Assembly: GCA_040954595.2 (NCBI GenBank)
Contig: CM082591.2
Span: 6,578,695-6,642,694, forward strand
Direction: 5' to 3'
Source: Balanoglossus misakiensis
Lineage: Eukaryota > Animalia > Hemichordata
Length of the DNA stretch: 64,000 nt
The number at the start of each line of letters is the position of its first letter. Within the stretch, counting starts at the first letter, position 1. Positions 29,376 through 40,815 of the stretch are shown in pieces. The translations under genes were made by a program, and so were the position numbers. The notes under the pieces were generated by a model. That model ran no database searches. It saw only the letters and a program-made list of their open reading frames with translations, and had not been told where the DNA came from.

Positions 29376-30342
29376 GTACATGGTCCGGTCATTCCTAAAG
29401 GTTGCAAATCTCAATTTGCTAATTGCTAAAAAGAGACATTTCAAAGACTAAAAGAAGTGGCACTCCAATTTATGACGAAACCAGATATGGCCTGAATAAG
29501 CTCACGTGTTTTTAGTTTGATAATGACTGGAATATGCAAAATTAAGCATTAAATTATCACCGAAGTCAAATTTCTCTTAATGCAACTGATCTCTATATAA
29601 TTGCACTATATATTTGCATTATTTTGTGAAATATTTAAATCAATAACTAATAAACAAGACACTGGTAAATGTCTCCCAGTACATTCAGATCTCCGTCAGA
29701 TATCCGTACTTTTTTTTCTTAAAGTACATGCATTCAATTCAGTAGTATATCACTAATTAGAACAATTAACTAAGCAAATTTGCAGTTTATTGATTGTTGA
29801 TGACTGTGCACTGTACGCTGTGTCTCTGAATAAAGTTTTTTACCATAAATAAGGGTATTGTGTGTACACACGTAAGCTATAAACACGTGGTACCGATACA
29901 ACCTGGATTGTACATGGTCCGGTCATTCCTAAAGGTTGCAATCTCAATTTGCTAATTGTTAAAAAGAGACAAGATTTCAAACATTAAAAGAAGTGGCACT
30001 CCAATCTATGACGAAACCAGATATGGCCTGAATAAGCTCACGTGTTTATAGTTTGATAAAGACTGGAAATATGCCAAATTAAGCAATAAATTATTACCGA
30101 ATTTAAATGTCTTTCAATGAAACTGATCTCTATATAATTTCACTATGTATTGGCTCTAATTTGTGAAATATTTAAATCAATAACTAAAAAACAAGACACT
30201 GGAAAATGTCTCCAAGTAAATTCAGATCTTCGCCAGATAAATATCTTTACTTTTTTGTTAAAGTAGTCCATTCAGTAGTATATCACTAATGAGAACAATT
30301 AACGTAAGCTAGAAACACTCGGTACCGATAGAACCTGGATTG
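29376..30342. repeat. Diverged tandem duplication (534-bp unit plus a copy about 100 bp shorter)
   Basis: gtacatggtccggtcattcctaaaggttgc at 29376 and 29910; both units end in aacctggattg. Confidence 0.9.
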
Positions 30343-31939
30343 ATAGACTTTAACCCCTCGCGGTCAAAATCATCCTGAAGGGAAGGGGTCATCGCGCCGC
30401 GTGGATGTCCCCCCTGATCAAAATATGTCCTCCCATACCAGCACAAACCTCACTGCGGTCGCCACGACCTATTACTAGGATCTTCAGTTGCTGTCATGCC
30501 CAGTCTACGCTATGGTTGATTGTTTCATTCATTCTAAGAATTATCTAATTTCAGGGATTTGTGGATGAATTGTAATGTTTATAAACAAACAAACGCGGCG
30601 CGAAGACCCCTTCACTTTAAACCTTGATGTTTATAATATTGAAACCACCCTAACCAGTACAATTACATATTCTTACGAATGTATGTTTTGCATTGTTTGT
30701 GAAGTGTTCAACACTTCATCTCAAAGTGATACTGTACGCAACGATTTATGTATCTTTCTCTAAAACTAACAAACGTTGTAAATTTTCAGAAGAACTGGAC
30801 AGGTCTTTCATCATCTACATAACAGAGCACAGACAAGCACCGCGCTGTGCCCCCAAACTTTGGAGTTTGTCTCAGGGAGAACCCTGGATTTGTTCACCCC
30901 CCCCCCCCCACCTTGTGTTTGTACGAAAATGCCAGGAACGTGATATATAAGCAGTGTCCGATGAGTTGTAAAAGAGCGTTCTTCTCGTTTTGACTTCAAT
31001 CCGCTTCACGACTTGTGGAGTGCACAATAGAAATCCCACCAGGATAATAATTTTTTTTCCACACAATGGAACTGACGATTTAATGAGACGATTTTCATTT
31101 TTGAAAAGGGTCGAGAACGGAAGGTGCTTTGACTTGTGATCAAATGTCAGAAACCAAAATACTAGTAGTGATCATCAGTAAGAAAACAAACATAATGCCA
31201 AAATCTCTGCGGACAAAAGCGATGGATCAACTTTTTGCACGAACAAGACACAGGCGTGATCAGATTTCACAAATTCAATGCCAATAACAGGATCCTCTGT
31301 TTTCCAAATTCGGCTGTTGTACGATTCATGCTTAAAAGGTTCGTATTTCAGAAGAGGAAATATATCGTCCACTAAATCATATTTCTCTCTGACGCATGTA
31401 TCTTGAAATTGATTCGTATAATGTAAGTGATGTCTCCTTTTTCTATGTTTATGAACATATTTGTGTTCAATGCATGTGTACTCTGGTGTAAATTTATCCA
31501 ACTTTTTTGTGATTTCACTTTTATCAATCCGATTTCTCCTTTTCTGGCTTCGGAAAAGCAAAATTGACCTTGTAATTCGTTGATTTTTTTTCTCTCATTT
31601 TGGTATCTAATATATTCCTCGCATGTGTTTCATTCGAGTCAAATTTTAGGTATGACGCTATTACTATATATAGTGACGTTGTTAGAGTACGGTTGCTCTG
31701 AAGAGGAACCGTCTCTACAATGAACTTCAGGGCATCAGGCACTTTTCGGAAGGGGTTTCCTTGATCAGAAACAAAGGATGTCTTTTCTAATCGCAGTCTC
31801 CTCCGGTGGCGTTTCTACACTCAGAATTTCCGTCATGATACAAAATAAACAAATTATTGTAAATGAAATATAGCTACGTTCGCTGTTAATGGTTCTTCGC
31901 AGCAGTTAAAGTCCCATTATATTACCATAGCCTATTACT

Positions 31940-32850
31940 ACGCTGTATTCCGTACTCTTGATTGGCTGAGACTGTACCACCTGACATAGGAAAAACGTGA
32001 TATTACATGGTTGGCAGAGTCTATGACGGGGATACGCGCGCTGTGAGAGGATATTGCCAGCTGAGCACAGCTTTTAAGTTCTGCGCATCATTTCTGCGCG
32101 TAACAAACTGTCGTTCAATGGCTTCCTTCACGATCAACTCCCGCATCTATGGCTTAAAAGCGACTCAAAGGCTTAACACCTGTTCATTTGGACGATATTT
32201 TAGCGCAAACGGACAGTAAATACCAAAATCGCAACCAACAGTGCGGTTTGCTCAAAATTACCTGAGTTCGAAGTAGGTATATTACACCTCACTCTGTATT
32301 CCGTACTCTTGATTGGCTGAGACCGTACCACGTGACATATAAAACAACGTGATATTACATGGTTGACAGAGTCTATGGCCAGTATGTAGGGGCTACGGGC
32401 CGTGGATACGCGTGCAGTGAGAGTATATTGCCCGCTGAGAACAGGTTTTGGGTTTGGCGGATCTTTTCTGCGCATAACAAACTTTCGTTCAGTGGCTTCC
32501 TCAACGATCAGGCAACTCCCGCATATATGACTTCAAAGCGACACACAGGATTAACACCTGTTCAACTGGACGATAATTTACTGCAAACGGACAGTAAATA
32601 CACCAAAGTGGCAACCAACAGCGCTGTTTCCTCAAGATTATCTGAGTTCAAAGTAGTTACAGCGAGATATTTTAGTTCACTGCAACCAGCAACGTACGAC
32701 ATGCATCATGGACGCAACCCTCTATGCTGTATGTATGGTCAAATGTTCGGTGTAATATAATTAATAACACATGATGCTCGGACAATATCATGATCTTTAG
32801 CCTGCCCTCGGGCTGGTGATCTCTGACCATAATATTGATGATGCCCGAGT
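31940..32850. mobile_element. Dispersed repeat with internal tandem duplication; inverted copies at about 41475-41965 and 49320-49810
   Basis: ctgtattccgtactcttgattggctgagac occurs twice (about 31943 and 32294). acggacagtaaatacacc and ggacgcaaccctctatgctgtatgtatgg are reverse-complemented in the later copies. Confidence 0.75.
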
Positions 32851-32859
32851 CGCAAAGTG

Positions 32860-33685
32860 CAATACAATACAATGTAATACAATACAATACAATACAATAC
32901 AATACAATACAATACAATACAATACAATACAATACAATACAATACAATACAATACAATACAATACAATACAATACAATACAATACAATACAATACAATAC
33001 AATACAATACAATACAATACAATACAATACAATACAATACAATACAATACAATACAATACAATACAATACAATACAATTCAATTCAATTCATTACAACAC
33101 AACACAACACAACACAAAACAACACAACACAACACAACACAACACAACACAACACAACACAACACAATACAATACAATACAATACAATACAATACAATTC
33201 AATTAATTACAGTACAATACAAAACAAAACAAAACAATACAATACAATACAATACAATACAATACAATACAATACAATACAATACAATACAATACAATAC
33301 AATACAATACAATACAATACAATACAATACAATTAATTACAGTACAAAACAATACGATACAATACAATACAATACAATACAATACAATACAATACAACAC
33401 AACACAACACAACACAAAACAATACAATACAATACAATACAATACAATACAATACAATACAATACAATACAATACAATACAATACAATACAATACAACAC
33501 AACACAACACAAAACAATACAATACAATACAATACAATACAATACAATACAATACAATACAATACAATACAATACAATACAATACAATACAATACAATAC
33601 AATACAATACAATACAATACAATACAATACAATACAATGCAATACAATACAATACAATACAATACAATACAATACAATACAATAC
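32860..33685. repeat. Long (CAATA)n/(CAACA)n pentanucleotide microsatellite
   Basis: Directly visible; shorter arrays at 34201-34260, 42947-43180 and 50806-50975. Confidence 0.99.
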
Positions 33686-35260
33686 TTGCAACGCCTGTAT
33701 TTGGCACTTTCTATTGTTCTTGCCCGGAAGATATTTTACGGTATTACACTGAGTGCAAACTATTTCTGAGAACGCGCGGCACGACAGTTCGCTGCGCGTG
33801 CAAGCGACGAACGGGCATAGGGCGCTAGTGGAGAGGGGCGTTGTAAAATTCGGTTATTAGAGGCTGAAATAACATTTTCAAAATTTTTATTTAGAATGCG
33901 GATGTGCCCATCGTAATGAAAGCTGCCAACCCCCTTAAAATGATACTACGGCCCACACGTCATACGTCACAACATGGCTACTGCCGTGATCCCAGGGCGC
34001 CCGGTTCAAATTTCTGGTAATGAAATTGTTTTTCTCGGCGCATTTTCGCAAATCGTTGTGTTTTATAGGTAGGCATGTATGATAAAGGGGTTATTACACG
34101 AATTTTGGTCGATAACGCGACGCATTCTCGTGATGTCCGTATTTTGACTCGTTGCGAAGCAACTCGTCAAAATACGGACATCACTCGAATAATAACCCCT
34201 AAATACAATACAATACAATACAATACAATACAATACAATACAATGCAATACAATACAATATCATATTATACAAAATTTTAAATCAAAAATACATGAGTAC
34301 CAATCACGAAGTAAAATGTTCACTGAAGTATAATGTTTAAAGATTTCTCAAGATATCTACATCTGGTGATATTCTAAAACAACATTTCCATTAGAAATAC
34401 AATCCACATTTCTCGAAGTAAAGATATAAGATTCAATGCCCACTTTTATATAATGAACGTGAAAACAAAGATCTACTTAACGGACAAATTTTGGGAGTTT
34501 TATCGTGGTTAGTGAGTATTTTTACACCTAAACCATTAATGCATGGTACAATGTTAAAAATGTCAAGAACTTTCATATGTTTACCAATTTCTTATAATTT
34601 AAATATAAAGAATATTTGCATTGTAAAAACATTTCTGGGAATTAAATATGGCGAAAGCCTTATCTACAGAATTTTACGACATTCACGAAATTCCAAAAAA
34701 TCAAACAATATTGAGGTGATTTGCGTGAGGCCTTCATGTTTATTCGAAAATATTGCAGTGAAAATACACAAAGTAACATATGATCCAGGAATGAAAAAAT
34801 AACGGATTTTTTTTCTATTATGGTAATCGCTATTTAGCCAACAAAGAAAGTGTTACTCACCGAATACAATATGAAGACGGATTTCTGATTATCATTATTA
34901 TTTTGAAAATTATTCATTAGCATACAAATAGTTTTTTCACAACGACTAAGTCTAATATTTGGTCTATACAGCTCACCATACAGTCAGTACCATCATATTA
35001 CATTAGTCTGGTTTTCTTCAGTTTTATTGATTACTTTCCGAACACATTTATAGAAACGATATATCTTGTACTGCAAAGTACAAGAGAGTAAAAAACTCAC
35101 AAAAATGAATAAATGGTAGAGATCGATTATTCATATTGGCTAGTCGTATGTCAACAAGCATGATGGAACGATCATTGACTACATGTACATTAACATAAAC
35201 GGTGTCTTGTATCAAAGAAATTTAATGTAAAGGGGCAGCGAGAGAGAGAGCCTTTCCCCT

Positions 35261-36772
35261 TTAAACTAATGAAATGCTTTCAAACATCCTTTTAATTTCC
35301 TCCGCGTATAACATTGCCGTACCACGTCTATGCATGTCACTATTTGTATCGTACTGTACCGACACAAACAGTTTGCCACTTAAGCCTGCGACTGCTATAG
35401 TGAGAGTGCTTAAAAATGTACCCCTCGTCCCTCTATAGAATTTCTCAACACTGACTTTGCGGTCATTGTGACATTCCAGAAAAGTAAGCTGTCCTGCATT
35501 AGATATGTATAAGACATCTTTAATTGTATGGTTTTGTTGTTTAGCAAGCTGGATAAATTCCCTAGTTCTGTCATATTGGAATTCTATTAATTGTGATTTT
35601 ATTGGTGGTGGACCCGATACTCTATCGTCAAGATTTTCTTTTAGTCGCCTTGCCAGTTTCCAGAAGTATTCATCCCCAATCGAGACTTGATTTACATTTG
35701 TCGTAATGTGTTCTGTAGTGTTGTAAAGACCCAAATCTGAAATATTTTCTTTGAAATGCTTTCGCAAGGTGCGGGCAACTTTCAACTTAACATTCATGGG
35801 TTTTCCATCATTAACTATTTTAGCAAAAGCAGATGAAAACAATGCTAATAATGTAGAATTGAGATTAACTTTGTGTTGTCTTGTCAGTTGCTTCAATTTT
35901 GACAGCAAGGTCTCGGATATCTCAAAATTGATATGTTTTGTTTCGACATTCGTGTCATAATCATCAGAAGTATCTGAAAAGCCTGATGGCGGTGCCGATT
36001 CCACCAGCATTTTATTGCTGTCTTTCTCAGTTACACTTATAGTCTCTGGTGTTGCAATCAAATCCTGAGCTGGTCGAGGAAACGGTACGCTCTGAACTCT
36101 TTCCTGAGTGTTTGTCTCAAAGGATCCGTCCACAATGTCATTGATATTTTCCACGAATAGACTCACATAGTTACTGGCGGCAACACCATCTGCAAGTGAA
36201 TGGTGAAACTGAAACGTCATAGCAGCCTTGTACGACTCACGATCGCCAGTGTCGCTCTTTGTCCACTTTCCTTGTAAGATTGTACAGTTCCACAAAGGGC
36301 CTTGGAGGCGGTTGATGGCATTGCTTCCAGATCGAGACATGGCAGCTCCCACGTCGTCGTTCACGGTTAGCCCTGAAACACGAAGATCAACGCTTCCGCC
36401 GTTTGTCATCTCTGCGAAACACCTGTCAGTTTCTCTGCCGTCTGCATCGCGCAAAACAATAACTCTTGAACTCAACGCACTATGTTTCTTACGTAGGTTA
36501 TCCAGTGCCTCGTGAACAATGTCCTTCGTAATTTCAACTTTGCAATTCAATTGCAAGTGTATTACAGCGGGCCAGAGACGGTATTCCGACAAGACGTCGT
36601 ACAAACGTTCGGACACGTTCATTTTCCGAAAATATGGCGCCAGTGCTGTACTATCATTTGTGCCCTGTGAAGTGATGAATCGCGGTATTTGCATGGCCGG
36701 TGCCAAGTTCCCACGTCTTACAAGCACTGGGGCTTTGGTGATTGCCTGAGCACGTAGTATGGCAAGCAACAT
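35261..36772 (-). CDS. Condensation-domain/alcohol acetyltransferase-like CoA-dependent acyltransferase copy 1 (503 aa)
   Basis: Catalytic FHHSLADG (HHxxxDG), upstream GPLW, N-terminal RKMNxxER and C-terminal YISNAG resemble CAT-fold acyltransferases of the Atf1/PapA5/NRPS-C type. Arg-rich, acid-free N-terminus. Single coding exon. Confidence 0.82.
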   Translation of the reverse strand: MLLAILRAQAITKAPVLVRRGNLAPAMQIPRFITSQGTNDSTALAPYFRKMNVSERLYDVLSEYRLWPAVIHLQLNCKVEITKDIVHEALDNLRKKHSALSSRVIVLRDADGRETDRCFAEMTNGGSVDLRVSGLTVNDDVGAAMSRSGSNAINRLQGPLWNCTILQGKWTKSDTGDRESYKAAMTFQFHHSLADGVAASNYVSLFVENINDIVDGSFETNTQERVQSVPFPRPAQDLIATPETISVTEKDSNKMLVESAPPSGFSDTSDDYDTNVETKHINFEISETLLSKLKQLTRQHKVNLNSTLLALFSSAFAKIVNDGKPMNVKLKVARTLRKHFKENISDLGLYNTTEHITTNVNQVSIGDEYFWKLARRLKENLDDRVSGPPPIKSQLIEFQYDRTREFIQLAKQQNHTIKDVLYISNAGQLTFLECHNDRKVSVEKFYRGTRGTFLSTLTIAVAGLSGKLFVSVQYDTNSDMHRRGTAMLYAEEIKRMFESISLV

Positions 36773-37217
36773 TTTTGTCTTATTTCTTTACTGTGTATGG
36801 CTTGGTGACGGACAATATGATGACGACAGCTTTTTACTTCGCTGGCGATAAACCGAGGGCCGATAATGTGACAGTCGCAATGCCGATGAAAGTGAAAAAA
36901 TCGTCCTAGGGAAAGAATATAGACAGAATGACACATTTATTAACAATGAAATAATTTCATCAATATGGTATTCGTATATGTAGCTTTTGCACTTCAAATA
37001 TTAGCTTTCATCTGTCGGAGAACTTTTATTTGAACAATTATAGTTTTTATAATATGCCTCATGCTAATACTGTGTCGTGATTCGCCAGAATCCGTCACGT
37101 GATAGGATAATAGAATCGACTATGAATCCCTTGGGAAATATCAGAAAAAATATAAACCGTTCACGTGACCAACGTTGAGTTCACAGTCTCACAAACATAA
37201 ACTGTTAGCATGAGGTT

Positions 37218-37424
37218 TATTATAAAACACCTATGGCCTGGCCTTTATTCGGGTCATAGCAGCCGTTTTTACCCCCTTGTGACTGTGAGTTACCAGAATC
37301 ATATGCTATTTAACTCTGCCTACGGCCTCCGGAAATAGCATGTGATTCTGGTAACTCACAGCCCCTCGGGAGTAATAAACGGCTGCTATGGCCCTCATGG
37401 CCGGGCAATAGGTGTTCAATATAT
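37218..37424. mobile_element. About 205-bp palindromic (fold-back) element; copies at about 37928, 45783 and 53579
   Basis: acacctat...catagcagccgttt...ctgtgagttaccagaatca.atgctattt-[hairpin]-aaatagcatgtgattctggtaactcacag...aaacggctgctatg...ataggtgt. Confidence 0.8.
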
Positions 37425-37565
37425 AAAACTTTGCGTCTCTATGCGGATTCTGATGGAGATTACTTTCAACCAATCAGGCACTTCCTTTACTATGCCCAAT
37501 CACATTTCAGTTCGCCCTCTCAAATGTTGCTATTTGTGCTTGTTATTACGTTCGCCTTGTGTTGA

Positions 37566-37894
37566 GCCTGATGGCGGTGCCGATTCCACCAGCATTTTAT
37601 TGCTGTCTTTCTCAGTTACACTTATAGTCTCTGGTGTTGCAATCAAATCCTGAGCTGGTCGAGGAAACGGTACGCTCTGAACTCTTTCCTGAGTGTTTGT
37701 CTCAAAGGATCCGTCCACAATGTCATTGATATTTTCCACGAATTGACTCACATAGTTACTGGCGGCAACACCATCTGCAAGTGAATGGTGAAACTGAAAC
37801 GTCATAGCAGCCTTGTACGATTCACGATCGCCAGTGTCGCTCTTTGTCCACTTTCCTTGTAAGATTGTACAGTTCCACAAAGGGCCTTGGAGGC
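37566..37894 (-). pseudogene. 329-bp internal fragment of the acyltransferase CDS (active-site region) between two copies of a 381-bp duplication
   Basis: Matches about 35981-36309 (PLWNC...FHHSLADG...APPSG); flanked by the direct repeat 37185-37565 / 37895-38275. Confidence 0.9.
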
Positions 37895-38892
37895 AGTCTC
37901 ACAAACATAAACTGTTAGCATGAGGTTTATTATAAAACACCTATGGCCTGGCCTTTATTCGGGCCATAGCAGCCGTTTTTACCCCCTTGTGACTGTGAGT
38001 TACCAGAATCATATGCTATTTAACTCTGCCTACGGCCTCCGGAAATAGCATGTGATTCTGGTAACTCACAGCCCCTCGGGAGTAATAAACGGCTGCTATG
38101 GCCCTCATGGCCGGGCAATAGGTGTTCAATATATAAAACTTTGCGTCTCTATGCGGATTCTGATGGAGATTACTTTCAACCAATCAGGCACTTCCTTTAC
38201 TATGCCCAATCACATTTCAGTTCGCCCTCTCAAATGTTGCTATTTGTGCTTGTTATTACGTTCGCCTTGTGTTGATTTGCAACTTTTGGAATTTTTCCGC
38301 CTGTTGGATTCTAACGGTTGAGTTGTAATCATTGCTTGTCTTTGGCAATAAACGTGCTTTTTACATTGTACGTTTTCCTTGTCCGAGTCAGACTATTTAA
38401 GCAAGCGGGTAGATCGTCTTCTTTTATCCTTTGTTGATAAACATTGTTTTTTGCCTACAATGCACCCGTTTCCATGTGTGCGAGCAAGATTCGAGATGGA
38501 TGCGGCTGAATGTTTTTTCCCCACTAAAAGTTCAAAAGGGGCCATTGTACAAGTTGTGAGGTGTTTTGGGGCCGATTGGTTGTGCCGTATGAATGAGGTG
38601 TGCTCGGTAACGGTGATCGGTTCGGGTTTTGTTTTGCAGACGGAAATTCTAGTCGAAACTACTACGCAACAGATCGGTTGGGAATCGCCCGCTTTATAGG
38701 GGAGGCATCGGTTGTAAGACACACAGCTTGCCACACGTAGCTTGGTTTCCACAATCAGCTTGTGCATTTTGATTATTCACGCTAAAACCGCCCACTATTG
38801 TACAATTGTGTATTTTTGACGGTGCATGCGCCTGTATTTGCGGCACAATTTTTACAATATGTACATGTATGTCCCTGTAGTACGTAGAAAAT

Positions 38893-39386
38893 TAGCCCTG
38901 AGTTGCCGGGAGCAGGCAGGGCTAGACTGTCGACAGTCCCTCGCGTCTAATGTGTATCTTTTTTGAGGGCCGAAGGCCCGATTCGGCGTTTCGTGCGAGG
39001 CCGTAAGGCCCGAGCGACTGTTATAGCTCTCCGCGCCCTAACACGGCATTGTAGAGAAATTCAGTGGTAAAGCAACTGGCATGATTGACAGTTAATTACG
39101 TCATAAACTCGTTGACCAATCTTATTGTCACGCAGTATCGGGTTAACAAACAAACGCATGCGTGACCCGTGACATGGTGACCTTTATGCCGCCCATATGC
39201 AAATTTTACTACGTCATTTTCTGCATGCATAATTAATATCAAGGCAAGGCTTACAAGCTATAACAGTCCCTCGGGCCTTACGGCCCTTGCACGAAACGCC
39301 TTCGGCGCTTCCCGTATCGGGCCTTCGGCCCTCAAAAAAGATACACATAAGGCACGAGGGACTATCGACAGTCTAACGCAGGGCTA
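38893..39386. mobile_element. TIR element whose arms contain stacked GC mini-hairpins; copies at 46748-47241 and 54522-56773 (interrupted)
   Basis: Arms tagactgtcgacagtccctcg...tgtgtatcttttttgagggccgaaggcccgat...ctgttatagc / gctataacag...atcgggccttcggccctcaaaaaagatacaca...cgagggactatcgacagtcta. Confidence 0.8.
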
Positions 39387-40732
39387 GTACTACGAGATAA
39401 AACGGCTCAACGTCCCACACCAAAGACGGCCCCGTAACAAAGCCGACCTCGCTACAAACTGAAAGCACCTCTTAGTATAAACCTTAGCTCAGTTCTTTAT
39501 AGATTTTTAAATCTTTAAACTAATTTGTTTTAGCTGTCGCAGAGACGCCCAAAGAACAAAAAATCATTGCTGCGCTGAGCTGCCTAAGTGACACCGACTG
39601 TGTCTTCGCCGCGGCCGAGCATGCTAGATAGCAATTATCGCTGCAAATCTCAGCCAATTCGTGCAGTTTTCTTCTCGGTCGATTATAATTTCTTTCCGTC
39701 CGAACACAGAATTTACTGGTACTTTGTACAGCTTCATAAAATTTACGTCAATCGCAGTCACCCTCCACGAGCGCGAGGATGATTACTGTACACGGCAGTT
39801 TTACTTCTATCTCCCGGGCCCAGCTTTATACAATGTGCCCGGTGTTATGCGCGCAATCTACACTGCCGTGGAATACCTTTTTCTCGTACGCAAAGCGAAA
39901 GAACCATCTTCGTTGTAGGGAGTTATTTTTATACCAAACAGTGTAATAATCCCCAATTAAGGCTCTAACTAGTTAGTAAGGATAAGTAGATTCTAGTTTT
40001 GTCACTTCATTACACCCCATTTGCTGACTTTTTATCTCCGCCTTGCGACACAGATTAATGTCGCCGCCATTTTGTCTGTTGTCAGGACAGAGCACTGTCT
40101 TATGGGATTGACTGTTCACTAAACGTCCGTAACCAGAGGCTTTCAGCGCTTTAAGCAACCTTGATCATCTAAATACCGCAACATCATCCTCGTGAATGGT
40201 TGCTTTTCATTTCTGTATCGATATCATGGTTTATGTACGAATCTAAATATTTGGTGTACAAAAAAAATGTACCTTGATTAATTTACCCCAACAAAAACGG
40301 TGGGTTTGGAATGATGACATTTCAGACATAATTAAAACTCACGCTTATATTGCATGCGGTCGGCTATTTAGGAGTGGCACTAAGACCTTGCTCGACTCGG
40401 TAATCATTTCAAGCCACGGTCGCCTATATTCTTAGACGTACACCGAAAATACTAAACAAAAAGTTGTATTTACCGAGAGAAAAACAGTGATTCCAAGTTA
40501 GTCTTAAGAAGTGCTACTTCTAGAACTGGTTTTGAGAGAGAACTACTTTCTGTGTTTGAGGGTATTATTGCAACTGGCGGCATGATTTTTGATGCGCTTC
40601 TGTGATCAGAACAAGCACCAGAAAAAGCCTCCCACTGACAGTCGCCCTATACCGTCGAAAGAAACGTGTGCACGGTTAACTTTAAATCTACAAAACTCGG
40701 TGCAAATTATGAATAAGTCACTTGCACCTTAC

Positions 40733-40815
40733 CTCAATCTCGAACAGAGAAGACTTTGGTCAACGAACCCGTTGATGAGAAAGTCGGATTGAAAATGACA
40801 ATCTTTTATTTAAAA
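40733..40815 (-). promoter_or_regulatory. Putative non-coding first exon/core promoter of acyltransferase copy 1 (equivalents near 48580 and 61085)
   Basis: Strong minus-strand donor GAG/gtaagg at 40732 and acceptor ttctttccctag at 36906 upstream of the ATG, conserved in all three units. A TATA-like tttaaataa lies about 70 bp upstream of the donor. The pairing of these sites is inferred. Confidence 0.4.

Noticed and set aside
32672-33828. ORFs reading YCIVL/QYNTI, up to 317 aa (also near 34063 and 42981)
   Set aside because: They are products of the (CAATA)n array.
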